A model generated the notes under the pieces. It had not been told where the DNA came from. It was given only the letters and a program-made list of their open reading frames with translations, and did not search any database. This document shows positions 16,592 through 24,626 of a stretch of 27,387 nucleotides of DNA, piece by piece (positions within the stretch are counted from its first letter, which is position 1; every line of letters starts with the position of its first letter). This DNA is from Myxococcales bacterium (GTDB taxonomy: Bacteria > Myxococcota_A > Polyangia > Polyangiales > Houyiibacteriaceae): NCBI GenBank assembly GCA_013002645.1, contig JABDJF010000546.1:1-27387 (forward strand). Direction: 5' to 3'. A program made the position numbers and the translations under genes.

Positions 16592-17987
16592 GTTCGTGGG
16601 TGCGGTCGGTGGCAACGTCACCGGCTCGAGACATATCGTTCAAACCGAGAAGGCCCGCATCTTGCTCGACTGCGGCCTGTTCCAAGGGCGCCGCTCGGAG
16701 ACCATCGAACGAAACCGGGAGCTGGGCTTCCGCGCGAGAGACATCGACGTGATGGTTCTCTCCCATGCCCACATCGATCACTCGGGCGCCCTGCCACGTC
16801 TCTATCGCCAAGGCTTCCGGGGTACGATCTATTGCACCCCCGCGACTCGCGACCTCTGTGCGGCGATGCTGGAAGACTCGGCGGAGATTCAGGCTCAGGA
16901 CGCAGCCTATATCAACCGAAAGGTCCAGAAGAACGGCGCCGCGATGGAACTCGTTGAACCGCTCTACGACCAGAAGGACGTGGTCGGAACGCTCGAGCTC
17001 ATGGTTGGCGTTCCCTATCATCGACCCCACGCGATCGCCGAAGGTGTGACGCTCACCTACTACGACGCGGGCCACGTACTCGGGAGCGCCATGGTCGCGC
17101 TCGACGTCGATGTCGTAGGCGAACAGCGGCGTTTGGTGTTTTCTGGCGACCTCGGCCGGCACAACATGCCCATCCTTCGCGACCCCGAGGTCCCTCCGAG
17201 TGCGTCGTGCTTGATCATGGAAAGCACATACGGCGATCGGAACCACGACCCGATCGAGGCGATGGAGGACCGGCTCCACGAGGTCATTGCCCGCACGATC
17301 GGCCGCGGCGGCAAGGTGGTCGTGCCCTCGTTTGCGCTCGAACGCGCCCAGGAGCTGGTCTACTCGCTCAAAAAGCTCAAAGATCAGGGGCGGCTCCCCG
17401 ATGTTCCGGTCTATGTCGATTCGCCCCTGACGGTGAAGCTCACCGACGTCTTTCGAATGCATCCGGAATGCTTCGAAACCCGGACTCGTGAACGTCTGCT
17501 CAAAGGCGACTCCCCTTTTGATTTCGACGGCCTGCGGTACGTGTCATCGGTGGAAGATTCGAAAGCGATCGACAGAAGCGACCAGCCTTGCGTTATCATT
17601 TCGGCGAGCGGGATGTGCGAATTTGGCCGAGTCGTCCATCATTTGGTCGCTACCATCGAGAATCGAAAGAACGCGGTGCTGATCGTCGGCTGGCAGGCGC
17701 AACACACACTCGGGCGCCGTCTCGTCGAGCAGCGGACGCGAGTTCGAATTTTTGGTGTCGAGCGAGAACGCCATGCTGAGGTCGTCGTGCTGAACGGCTT
17801 CAGCGCGCACGCCGGCCAGGACGATCTCGTTGCATACGCCGAAGCGGTTCGCGCGGCGGGCCCGCTTCGGCAAATCGCCCTCGTACACGGCGAAGACCCG
17901 GGGCGCGAGACGCTCAAATCACTCCTCGAAGAGCGCGGCTTTCCGACCGTTCACACGCCGGCCCGCGGCGATCGGATCGACATCTGA
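16581..17987 (+). CDS. Metallo-beta-lactamase/beta-CASP ribonuclease (YSH1/TTHA0252-like)
   Basis: LLDCGLFQG, SHAHIDHSG (HxHxDH), AGHVLGSA, SGDLG, MESTYG, PSFALERAQE, SASGM, FSAHA, LVHGE. GTG start overlaps the upstream stop by 11 nt. Confidence 0.93.
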   Translation: MQVEFVGAVGGNVTGSRHIVQTEKARILLDCGLFQGRRSETIERNRELGFRARDIDVMVLSHAHIDHSGALPRLYRQGFRGTIYCTPATRDLCAAMLEDSAEIQAQDAAYINRKVQKNGAAMELVEPLYDQKDVVGTLELMVGVPYHRPHAIAEGVTLTYYDAGHVLGSAMVALDVDVVGEQRRLVFSGDLGRHNMPILRDPEVPPSASCLIMESTYGDRNHDPIEAMEDRLHEVIARTIGRGGKVVVPSFALERAQELVYSLKKLKDQGRLPDVPVYVDSPLTVKLTDVFRMHPECFETRTRERLLKGDSPFDFDGLRYVSSVEDSKAIDRSDQPCVIISASGMCEFGRVVHHLVATIENRKNAVLIVGWQAQHTLGRRLVEQRTRVRIFGVERERHAEVVVLNGFSAHAGQDDLVAYAEAVRAAGPLRQIALVHGEDPGRETLKSLLEERGFPTVHTPARGDRIDI

Positions 17988-18057
17988 AGCTCGGGGGCCT
18001 TGACCAGGTACGGGGTCTGCGCGCATCCTCGCGCGACCGCGAGACGGAGGAGGGACT

Positions 18058-18645
18058 ATGAGCAAGGGCTTGATTGGATGCGGCGTGATCGTCGTGATCG
18101 CGCTGATCCTGGTGGCAACCGGGGTCGGTAGCTACAACCGCCTCGTCCAGCTCGACGAAGGCGTCGTCAACGCTTGGAGCCAGGTCGAGAACGTCTATCA
18201 ACGACGCGCTGATCTGATTCCAAACCTCGTGGCGACGGTGAAAGGCGCGAAGGAGTTCGAACAGGAGACGCTCACCCAGGTGGTGGAGGCACGCGCCAAA
18301 GTCGGGCAAGTTAATTTCGAAACAGCGCCGGACGCCGCACAGCTCGAGCAGTTCGAGGCGGCTCAGTCTCAATTGTCGTCGGCGTTGTCCCGCTTGCTCG
18401 TCGTAGTGGAGCGCTATCCCGAGCTCAAAGCGACCGAGGCATTCCGCGATCTTCAAGCGCAGATCGAAGGCACCGAGAACCGAATTAGTGTGGAGCGCAA
18501 GCGCTTCAACGACGCGACATTGGACTACAACAAGACCCGCCGGCAGTTCCCGACCATCCTGCTCGCGAATATCATGGGCTTCGGCGACAAGCCCTACTTC
18601 GAATCCACCGAAGGAGCAGACAAGCCTCCCAAGGTCGAGTTCTAG
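18058..18645 (+). CDS. lemA: LemA family protein
   Basis: N-terminal TM, YNRLV, AWSQVENVYQRRADLIPNLVATVKG, VVERYPELKA, FRDLQAQIEGTENRI; SD GGAGG. Confidence 0.95.
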   Translation: MSKGLIGCGVIVVIALILVATGVGSYNRLVQLDEGVVNAWSQVENVYQRRADLIPNLVATVKGAKEFEQETLTQVVEARAKVGQVNFETAPDAAQLEQFEAAQSQLSSALSRLLVVVERYPELKATEAFRDLQAQIEGTENRISVERKRFNDATLDYNKTRRQFPTILLANIMGFGDKPYFESTEGADKPPKVEF

Positions 18646-18653
18646 CGGACGCC

Positions 18654-19310
18654 GTGGCCCAGCGAATCGACACCTTCTTCTCCAAAGCCGACCGAGAAGC
18701 AATCCAGGCTGCGACGACGGCGGCGGAACGAAAGACCGCCGGCGAGCTCGTGGTGTACGTGGCCGAGCGCTGCGACCCGCACCCCGAAGTCGCTTGGAAG
18801 GGGGCGCTGATCGGCGGCGCTCTGGGCGCGCTCTGTGCGAGTGTCGCTGTCTGGCGTTTCGGCGGCTGGGGGGCGCCCGACCACTTGTGGATCCTGATCG
18901 GATTTCAGCTCGGCTTGGTCGCTGGTTGGATTGCGAGCCGGTTCGATGCGGTCGCCCGAAGGCTGATCGGGGAAGAGGCTCTTGGCAGCCGCGTCGACGG
19001 CCGGGCGGCCGAGGCTTTCCTGGAGGAACAGGTGTTCGCCACCCGCGAACGCACCGGGGTCCTGATCTTCGTCGCTTTGTTTGAGCATCGAGTCTTGGTG
19101 CTCGCCGACGACGGAATCGACGAGCGCGTTGCCGACGACGCCTGGGACGGGATTTCGGGCGAGCTGGCCCTCGGTATACGGCGTGGAACGCCCACTTTGG
19201 CCCTAGTCCGCGCCGTCGAACGCTGCGCCGACCTTCTGGAGACACACGGCGTCCACCCGGCCGATTCAGAAAACGAGATCTCCGACACACCGAGGTTTCG
19301 TCGTGAGTAG
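18654..19310 (+). CDS. TPM-domain membrane protein (YgcG-like partner of LemA)
   Basis: IQAATTAAERKTAGELVVYV, two TM segments, FLEEQVFATRERTGVLIFVALFEHRVLVLADDGI; conventional lemA-TPM-TPM cluster. Confidence 0.88.
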   Translation: MAQRIDTFFSKADREAIQAATTAAERKTAGELVVYVAERCDPHPEVAWKGALIGGALGALCASVAVWRFGGWGAPDHLWILIGFQLGLVAGWIASRFDAVARRLIGEEALGSRVDGRAAEAFLEEQVFATRERTGVLIFVALFEHRVLVLADDGIDERVADDAWDGISGELALGIRRGTPTLALVRAVERCADLLETHGVHPADSENEISDTPRFRRE

Positions 19311-20211
19311 AACGCGCGCAGTCCTCGCGGTGTTCTTGCTTTGCGCGTTCGCCGTCAAAGCGTTCGCGTTGGCTGTCCCCGAGCTGAGCGATCGGGTGAA
19401 CGACTACGCGGATTTGATTTCGCCCGCGGCCGAGTCGCGGATCGGCGACCTCCTGGCAAGGCTCGAGCAGGACAAAGGCGCTCAGGTCGTCGTGCTCACG
19501 CTGGATAGTCTTCAAGGGGAACCGCTCGACGACTACGCTCTCCGGGTTTTCGAGACTTGGGGACTGGGACGGGCCGACCCTGATGACGGCGCACTGCTGC
19601 TGATCGCGAAGAACGACCGAAAGATGAGGCTCGAGGTGGGCTACGGCCTCGAACCGGTGCTCAGCGACGTGCTCTCCAGGCGAATCCTCGATCAAATCCT
19701 GCGACCAAGCTTTCGAGCCGGTGATTACGACGGAGGCATTGAGCGCGCTGTCGAAGCGATCGACGGCTTGATCCGAGGGACCAGCACCCTCCCCCCACCA
19801 AGCGCTAGCGGCTCTCAAGCTGACCTCCCTCCTCGATTGTTCGGCCTCCTCTGGCTTCTGTTCTTGATCCCGTTTGTTCTGGTGGTCGTCGGCACCAATC
19901 CGTTCCAGTGGTTCCTCTACCTGTTCCTGATCCCCTTCGTCGGCGTGGGTGGCGTCACGGCGATCAGCCCTGGGGCCGGGCCTTTCTTAGTTGCCGTCTG
20001 GTTGATCACGGCCCCGATCGTCTGGTCGTTTTTCGGCCGGCGACGCAAGAAGCAAAAGCGAGCCCGAGGACGGCGGCGCTCCGGCTGGTCGGGCGGGAGC
20101 TGGTCGTCGGGCGGTTCTTGGTCCTCGGGCGGGGGAGGATGGTCCGGCGGCGGAGGCTTCTCTGGCGGGGGCGGAAGCTCCGGAGGCGGTGGCGCTTCGA
20201 GCAGCTGGTGA
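19303..20211 (+). CDS. TPM-domain protein (YgcG family) with Gly/Ser-rich C-terminal tail
   Basis: Signal peptide, RVNDYADLIS, AQVVVLTL, DDGALLLIAKNDRKMRLEVGYGLEPVLSD, TM helices, tail GGGFSGGGGSSGGGGASSSW. Confidence 0.92.
   Translation: MSRTRAVLAVFLLCAFAVKAFALAVPELSDRVNDYADLISPAAESRIGDLLARLEQDKGAQVVVLTLDSLQGEPLDDYALRVFETWGLGRADPDDGALLLIAKNDRKMRLEVGYGLEPVLSDVLSRRILDQILRPSFRAGDYDGGIERAVEAIDGLIRGTSTLPPPSASGSQADLPPRLFGLLWLLFLIPFVLVVVGTNPFQWFLYLFLIPFVGVGGVTAISPGAGPFLVAVWLITAPIVWSFFGRRRKKQKRARGRRRSGWSGGSWSSGGSWSSGGGGWSGGGGFSGGGGSSGGGGASSSW
20081..20208 (+). repeat. Low-complexity Gly/Ser/Trp coding repeat (GSWSSG x2 plus GG runs)
   Basis: Imperfect 18-nt tandem units inside the TPM gene tail. 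Confidence 0.7.
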
Positions 20212-20214
20212 CCG

Positions 20215-20745
20215 CTAGGGGTCGCTCTCCAAACGGCCGTGCCAGTAGACCCAGTTTGCCCAGGCCTCGGGAATCGAGCTCGCGGGGTCAACGCGAAATG
20301 CAACCACGGGCAGCCACTTGGGTTTGACCGGAGGGCGTCGCAGGCGAAGGCCTGCCTGCCGGGGCGTGCAATTGCCCTTCTTCTCGTTGCAACCGTAACA
20401 GGCCATCACGATGTTCTCCCAGTTCGTCTTGCCCCCCTGGGATTTGGGAACCACGTGGTCGTACGTCAGCCCGCGAAGTCGATGACGGACGCCGCAGTAC
20501 TGGCACTTGAAGTCATCGCGCATGGCAACGTTGATCCGGGAGAACTTGATCGCACGTTTGCGACCCACGATGTGACGCAAGAGCCGAACGACGGCTGGCA
20601 TCTTGATGGTGATGCTGACCGAACGGACGTCTTCGTCGTATTCTTCGACGACCTCGACCTTGCCATCGAAAATCATGCAGACGGCGCGCTGCCAACTGAT
20701 GATTCGGTGGGGCTGATAGCCCTGGTCTAAGACAAGGGTCCGCAT
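20215..20745 (-). CDS. HNH endonuclease (McrA-like HNH family, stand-alone)
   Basis: MRTLVLDQGYQP, PAVVRL, FSRINV..RD.FKCQYCG, TYDHVVPKSQGGKTNWENIVMACYGCNEKKGNCTP. Confidence 0.93.
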   Translation of the reverse strand: MRTLVLDQGYQPHRIISWQRAVCMIFDGKVEVVEEYDEDVRSVSITIKMPAVVRLLRHIVGRKRAIKFSRINVAMRDDFKCQYCGVRHRLRGLTYDHVVPKSQGGKTNWENIVMACYGCNEKKGNCTPRQAGLRLRRPPVKPKWLPVVAFRVDPASSIPEAWANWVYWHGRLESDP

Positions 20746-20849
20746 TCCGTACGGGGGTTCCTATAGCGCGTACGGGCGAAGAAGTGAACTGGATACCGGT
20801 TTTCGCCTCGTGATGCGCGGCGAATCACATGCTATACGCCGCCACCTAA

Positions 20850-20923
20850 GTCCTCGTAGCTCAGTCGGATAGAGCAGTGGTTTCCTAAACCGAAGGCCGG
20901 AGGTTCGAATCCTCCCGGGGACG
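20850..20923 (+). tRNA. tRNA-Arg(CCT)
   Basis: Cloverleaf: acceptor GTCCTCG/CGGGGAC, D arm GCTC-AGTCGGATA-GAGC, anticodon loop TT-CCT-AA, T arm GGAGG-TTCGAAT-CCTCC; CCA not encoded. Upstream TGCTATACG plus a GC-rich discriminator resembles an extended -10. Confidence 0.93.
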
Positions 20924-21036
20924 CCCCGCAAAACAAAGAGGGAGGTAGCGGCCCGTTTTGTCACGGGTCTCCGCCCCTGAGCGGTTGACGCGGTCGCTCG
21001 ACCCATACTAGTCCTAGTCGACTCAGGAGTAGCACC

Positions 21037-22146
21037 ATCACTGGCGAACGACGATACCCGGCACCGGTCATTGCGGTTTCAGAGCCTGATGTAGAGGCAC
21101 AAGAGGAGCTCCCCGAGCAGCCGAAAGCCAAGCGGCGGAGCACCCTACCGGACGATCTACTTTTTCGAAGCGACGAGGAGTCCGCTCGACGCCTCGCGCT
21201 CAAGAGCCTGGCGGCAGCCCGTGCCGCGGAGCGCCGGTTGGACGATCGGGCCGACCGCGAGGCGCTCCATGATTTCCGGGTCGCCATCCGACGACTGCGG
21301 AGCCAGCTCCGCGCGTACCGGCCCCAGCTCGAGACCGCCGTGCGAGCGAAAGACCGGAAACGGCTTCGTGCCATCCAGCGAGCGACGGGCGCTGGCCGCG
21401 AAGCCGAAGTAGGGCTCGAATGGCTCGCGAGGCAACACGGCGGCCTCGCGCCCGAGCATCTCGCGGGGCTCAACTGGCTTTCCTCGGTCATGCTCGAGCG
21501 CCGCAGGAAGTGCGCCGAGTCCCTCGACTCCGAGCTGAGGACGAGCTTCCGGCGAACCGCCCAAAAGCTCGAAGAACGTCTCGCTTTGATGCGGAGCGAG
21601 CAGAACCTTCTCTCCGAGGAGCCCCATGTGAGCTTTGGACGAACCTTGGCAAACCAAGTCGAGGCCCACGCCACCGACCTCTTGGTGACTTTGGGACAGG
21701 TCGTGAGCGTGGAGCACACCGAGCGGCTCCACGAAGCCCGCATCGTAGCCAAGCGGCTTCGCTACCTCGTCGAGCCGATTCGAGCGTATGCCGGCGAGGC
21801 ACAGTTGGTGGTTAAGCGAACCAAGAAGTTACAGGAGCTCCTTGGCGACTTGAATGATGTCCACGTGCTCATGCGAGAGATCGACCAGTCCTTCGAAGGT
21901 TCCATGCAGCAGAAAGCCGTTCGCTTGCGGGACTGTCTGCGCAGAGCGGACTTGGAGCGCGCGCGGCGCGAGGCCTCGGTGAGCGAATGGGCTGGCCTGG
22001 TCGAGCTCTACGGTCGCCTCGAAGAGGAAAGGCGCGAGCTCCTCGCAACGCTGCGCGACCGCTGGCTCGCGGGTGACCTCGACTCGCTGGTCGCTCGGGC
22101 GCGAGACCTCGCCCACGAGCTCCGCGTTGCAGACCGGCCTCACTAG
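21037..22146 (+). CDS. CHAD-domain protein (putative polyphosphate-binding); start uncertain
   Basis: EALHDFRVAIRRLRSQL, ERLHEARIVAKRLRYLVE, LQELLGDLNDVHV. Frame is open from 20989; first canonical start is TTG 21238, but an SD-preceded ATC at 21037 is proposed. Confidence 0.85.
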   Translation: MTGERRYPAPVIAVSEPDVEAQEELPEQPKAKRRSTLPDDLLFRSDEESARRLALKSLAAARAAERRLDDRADREALHDFRVAIRRLRSQLRAYRPQLETAVRAKDRKRLRAIQRATGAGREAEVGLEWLARQHGGLAPEHLAGLNWLSSVMLERRRKCAESLDSELRTSFRRTAQKLEERLALMRSEQNLLSEEPHVSFGRTLANQVEAHATDLLVTLGQVVSVEHTERLHEARIVAKRLRYLVEPIRAYAGEAQLVVKRTKKLQELLGDLNDVHVLMREIDQSFEGSMQQKAVRLRDCLRRADLERARREASVSEWAGLVELYGRLEEERRELLATLRDRWLAGDLDSLVARARDLAHELRVADRPH

Positions 22147-22673
22147 TAGTCGAGAATCGTGATGACCCGGCTCGGGTCTAGTCTTGCGATGCCGTCGAGG
22201 TCGACCAAGTTGATGAGGAAGACGAAGGCCGCGACTTCGGCCCCGCAGCGTTGGACGAGCTCTTTGGTCGCAAGGGCTGTGCCGCCAGTAGCGATGAGGT
22301 CATCGACGACCACGACTCGGTCGTCGCGCGAGAGGGCGTCTTGGTGGATCTCGATGGCATCGCTTCCGTATTCGAGGTCGTACTCCACTCGATAGGTCGC
22401 CGCGGGAAGCTTGCCGGGCTTTCTGACGGGAATGAAACCGACTCCCAGTTTGTCAGCCAAAGCCGCACCAAACATGAAGCCACGCGACTCGATGCCCACG
22501 ACCGCATCAATGGCTTCCGGCTCGAGCGGTTCGGCCATTAGCTCGATGCAGACGCGGAAGGCCTCGACATCCGCGAGGAGCGGCGTGATGTCCTTGAAGA
22601 GGATTCCCTCTTTCGGGAAGTTCGGCACATCCCGGATGCGGGCGCGCAGGAAGCTCACGCGTCGTTTGCTCAT
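22143..22673 (-). CDS. apt: Adenine phosphoribosyltransferase
   Basis: IRDVPNFPKEGILFKDITPLL, GIESRGF, RKPGKLP, YDLEYG, PRPP motif VVVDDLIATGGT. ATG 22673 overlaps the surE stop (ATGA). Confidence 0.97.
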   Translation of the reverse strand: MSKRRVSFLRARIRDVPNFPKEGILFKDITPLLADVEAFRVCIELMAEPLEPEAIDAVVGIESRGFMFGAALADKLGVGFIPVRKPGKLPAATYRVEYDLEYGSDAIEIHQDALSRDDRVVVVDDLIATGGTALATKELVQRCGAEVAAFVFLINLVDLDGIARLDPSRVITILDY

Positions 22674-23434
22674 CGCTCCTCTTTCGACCCGGCCACGTAG
22701 GCTGCGACACCTAGGTGGTCGGGCTGTGTAGCTTCGATGCTGAGAGGCGTGACGGAGATGAACCCCTCTTCGAGCGCCTCGGTGTCCGCGCCTTCGACCG
22801 GCTCGCTCGTCGCGCCGCCCGGACCGCCGATCCAAAGGTAGTGACGTCCGCGTGGATCGTCACGCACCTCGACGTCGTCCGAATAGAGCCGAAGCCCTAG
22901 ACGTGTCGCGCGAACACCCTTGGGAGGGACCGGAGGGAAGTTGATGTTCAGAAGAATGGCTTGGCCCTGAGGCGCTGTGGTCTGTAGAAGCTGCTTACAA
23001 AAGCGTTTGGCGTACTGGGCAGCACCTTCCATGTCGGTGGAGGAGTTGGACAAGGCGATGGAACGGACCCCGCGCAGCGCTCCCTCTCGCGCAGCCGCCA
23101 CCGTGCCGGAGTAGTGGACGTCGTTGCCCAGGTTCGGCCCGTGGTTGATCCCGGAGACCACCATGTCCGGCCTTCGTGGCAAGAGGTCTTTCAAAAAGAA
23201 CGCGACATACACGCAGTCTGCAGGTGTGCCGTCGACCGCCCAGACCCGTTCTTCGACCTCGTGAAATCGAAGTGGATGGTGGAGCGTAATCGAATGGCTT
23301 TTCGCACTCTGCTCGGTTTGCGGCGCAACTGTGTACACATCGGCAAACGTAGCCAAGGCGGTTCGCAGGGCGAGGATACCCGGCGCATCAATCCCATCGT
23401 CGTTGGAAACCAAGAGGAGCGGCCGGTCTGACAT
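22670..23434 (-). CDS. surE: 5'/3'-nucleotidase SurE
   Basis: LLVSNDDG, VAPQTEQSAKSHSIT, VDGTPADCV, VSGINHGPNLG, YSGTVAAAREG, LNINFP, ISVTPL. Confidence 0.97.
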   Translation of the reverse strand: MSDRPLLLVSNDDGIDAPGILALRTALATFADVYTVAPQTEQSAKSHSITLHHPLRFHEVEERVWAVDGTPADCVYVAFFLKDLLPRRPDMVVSGINHGPNLGNDVHYSGTVAAAREGALRGVRSIALSNSSTDMEGAAQYAKRFCKQLLQTTAPQGQAILLNINFPPVPPKGVRATRLGLRLYSDDVEVRDDPRGRHYLWIGGPGGATSEPVEGADTEALEEGFISVTPLSIEATQPDHLGVAAYVAGSKEER

Positions 23435-23520
23435 GCGCTCAACGACCTATCGCGGAAGCGCAGCGCGGGCAACGGGATTGAGATGCCCGGTCGCGGAGGA
23501 AAGCCCGATCAATTGAGGGA

Positions 23521-23548
23521 GGGCCGGCGGGCTTTCGCCCTCCGGCCC
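23521..23548 (-). terminator. GC-rich hairpin with GAAA tetraloop immediately 3' of tRNA-Pro (possible terminator or processing signal)
   Basis: - strand GGGCCGG-A-GGGC-GAAA-GCCC-G-CCGGCCC followed by TCCCTCAATT; lacks a canonical U-tract. Confidence 0.5.
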
Positions 23549-23553
23549 GCCAT

Positions 23554-23630
<77 letters not shown>

Positions 23631-23656
23631 TCCAACCTCTCTACGAGAGGCAGGCG

Positions 23657-23685
23657 ACTGTAACCCAGCGCGTCTGGAACGCAAA
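23657..23685 (-). promoter_or_regulatory. Putative sigma70 promoter for tRNA-Pro
   Basis: - strand TTTGCG, 17 nt, TACAGT, then GC-rich discriminator CGCCTGCC. Confidence 0.35.
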
Positions 23686-23718
23686 CCAAAGACCGCTCAA
23701 AGAGCCCGAGATGCTGGT

Positions 23719-24174
23719 TCAGGCCTCCGGACCACGCTTCACGGTGACCGGGACCACTTTGTGCACCGTGACCTGAAGCGGCGCCGCTTCGACGGGCTCG
23801 CTTCGCGCCGAAGAAAAGTCATCGAGCAGCTCGGCCAGTTGCTGGCGCAGGCCAAGAAGCTCAGCGCGCAATGCAACCTCTCGCTGCGCCCGAGGCTCCG
23901 GGGGGCTGCTGCGCTGATGGCGCCCAAGATCGCGAATCCGTTTGCGCGCTCCGGGGATCGTGTAGCCCTCATCGTGAAGGAGCTGGCGAATGAGCATCGC
24001 GAGCTCGACGTCTTTCCGGCTGTACTGCCGATGCGCGCCCCGCGTCTTTTTGGGACGGAGCGCCGGGAACTCGGTTTCCCAGTAACGCAACGCGTGAGGC
24101 TTGACGCCAACGATGTCGGCGACTTCGCCAATCTTGAAAAACAACTTATCGGGCAGTTGAGTTCGCCGTGTCAT
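23719..24174 (-). CDS. MerR-family HTH transcriptional regulator (ihfA-linked type)
   Basis: [54 protein letters not shown]. Confidence 0.93.
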   Translation of the reverse strand: MTRRTQLPDKLFFKIGEVADIVGVKPHALRYWETEFPALRPKKTRGAHRQYSRKDVELAMLIRQLLHDEGYTIPGARKRIRDLGRHQRSSPPEPRAQREVALRAELLGLRQQLAELLDDFSSARSEPVEAAPLQVTVHKVVPVTVKRGPEA

Positions 24175-24182
24175 GGTTCCGC

Positions 24183-24503
24183 TCAGACGTTTTCCGGCGA
24201 GCCCGCGCCGTCCTCGTCGGTGCGATGCGGGTTCAGCACTGTTTTGAGTACCTGACTGGGCTTAAACGTCAACACGCGTCGCGCGCTGATGGGAATGGGG
24301 GCGCCCGTCTGAGGGTTTCGGCCGATGCGCTCTTTCTTTTTGCGCACCACGAAATTTCCGAACCCTGAGATCTTGATTTTTTCTCCGTCGGCCAAGACGT
24401 CTTTCATGGTGTCGAAGACGGCTTCGACGACCTCTGCCGCCTCTTTCTTCGAGAAGCCCCCAACCTTCTCGTAGACGGCATCGATGATTTCCGCTTTCGT
24501 CAT
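24183..24503 (-). CDS. ihfA: Integration host factor subunit alpha
   Basis: [34 protein letters not shown]; SD GGAGG; directly downstream of pheT. Confidence 0.93.
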   Translation of the reverse strand: MTKAEIIDAVYEKVGGFSKKEAAEVVEAVFDTMKDVLADGEKIKISGFGNFVVRKKKERIGRNPQTGAPIPISARRVLTFKPSQVLKTVLNPHRTDEDGAGSPENV

Positions 24504-24626
24504 TCGGTCTGTTCCTCCCAGAGGCCCGGTATGGCGGAGAGAAGCACAAATCGGTTTGAATCTCAAGGGTTTGGGGCGCCCTCCCCAATAGAAAGGTGCG
24601 TATTCTCACACATCGTGAGATACCGC

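Noticed and set aside
17914-19818. 634-aa - strand ORF
   Set aside because: Antisense to lemA and the TPM genes; Arg/Pro-rich low-information translation.
20215-20745. HNH nuclease as IscB/Cas9/HEARO-type RNA-guided system
   Set aside because: Only 176 aa, no RuvC segments, no PLMP start, no room for an omega RNA, no repeats or spacers nearby.
21037-23434. CHAD plus SurE as a polyphosphate-metabolism module
   Set aside because: Genes are convergent, and surE belongs to the widely conserved pheT-ihfA-merR-tRNA-Pro-surE block; adjacency is probably incidental.
23486-23507. CCGGTCGCGGAGGAAAGCCCG resembles the RNase P RNA 5' motif GAGGAAAGTCCG
   Set aside because: Only about 120 nt of intergenic space, no P4 3' partner motif downstream, and the + strand there runs into antisense tRNA-Pro.
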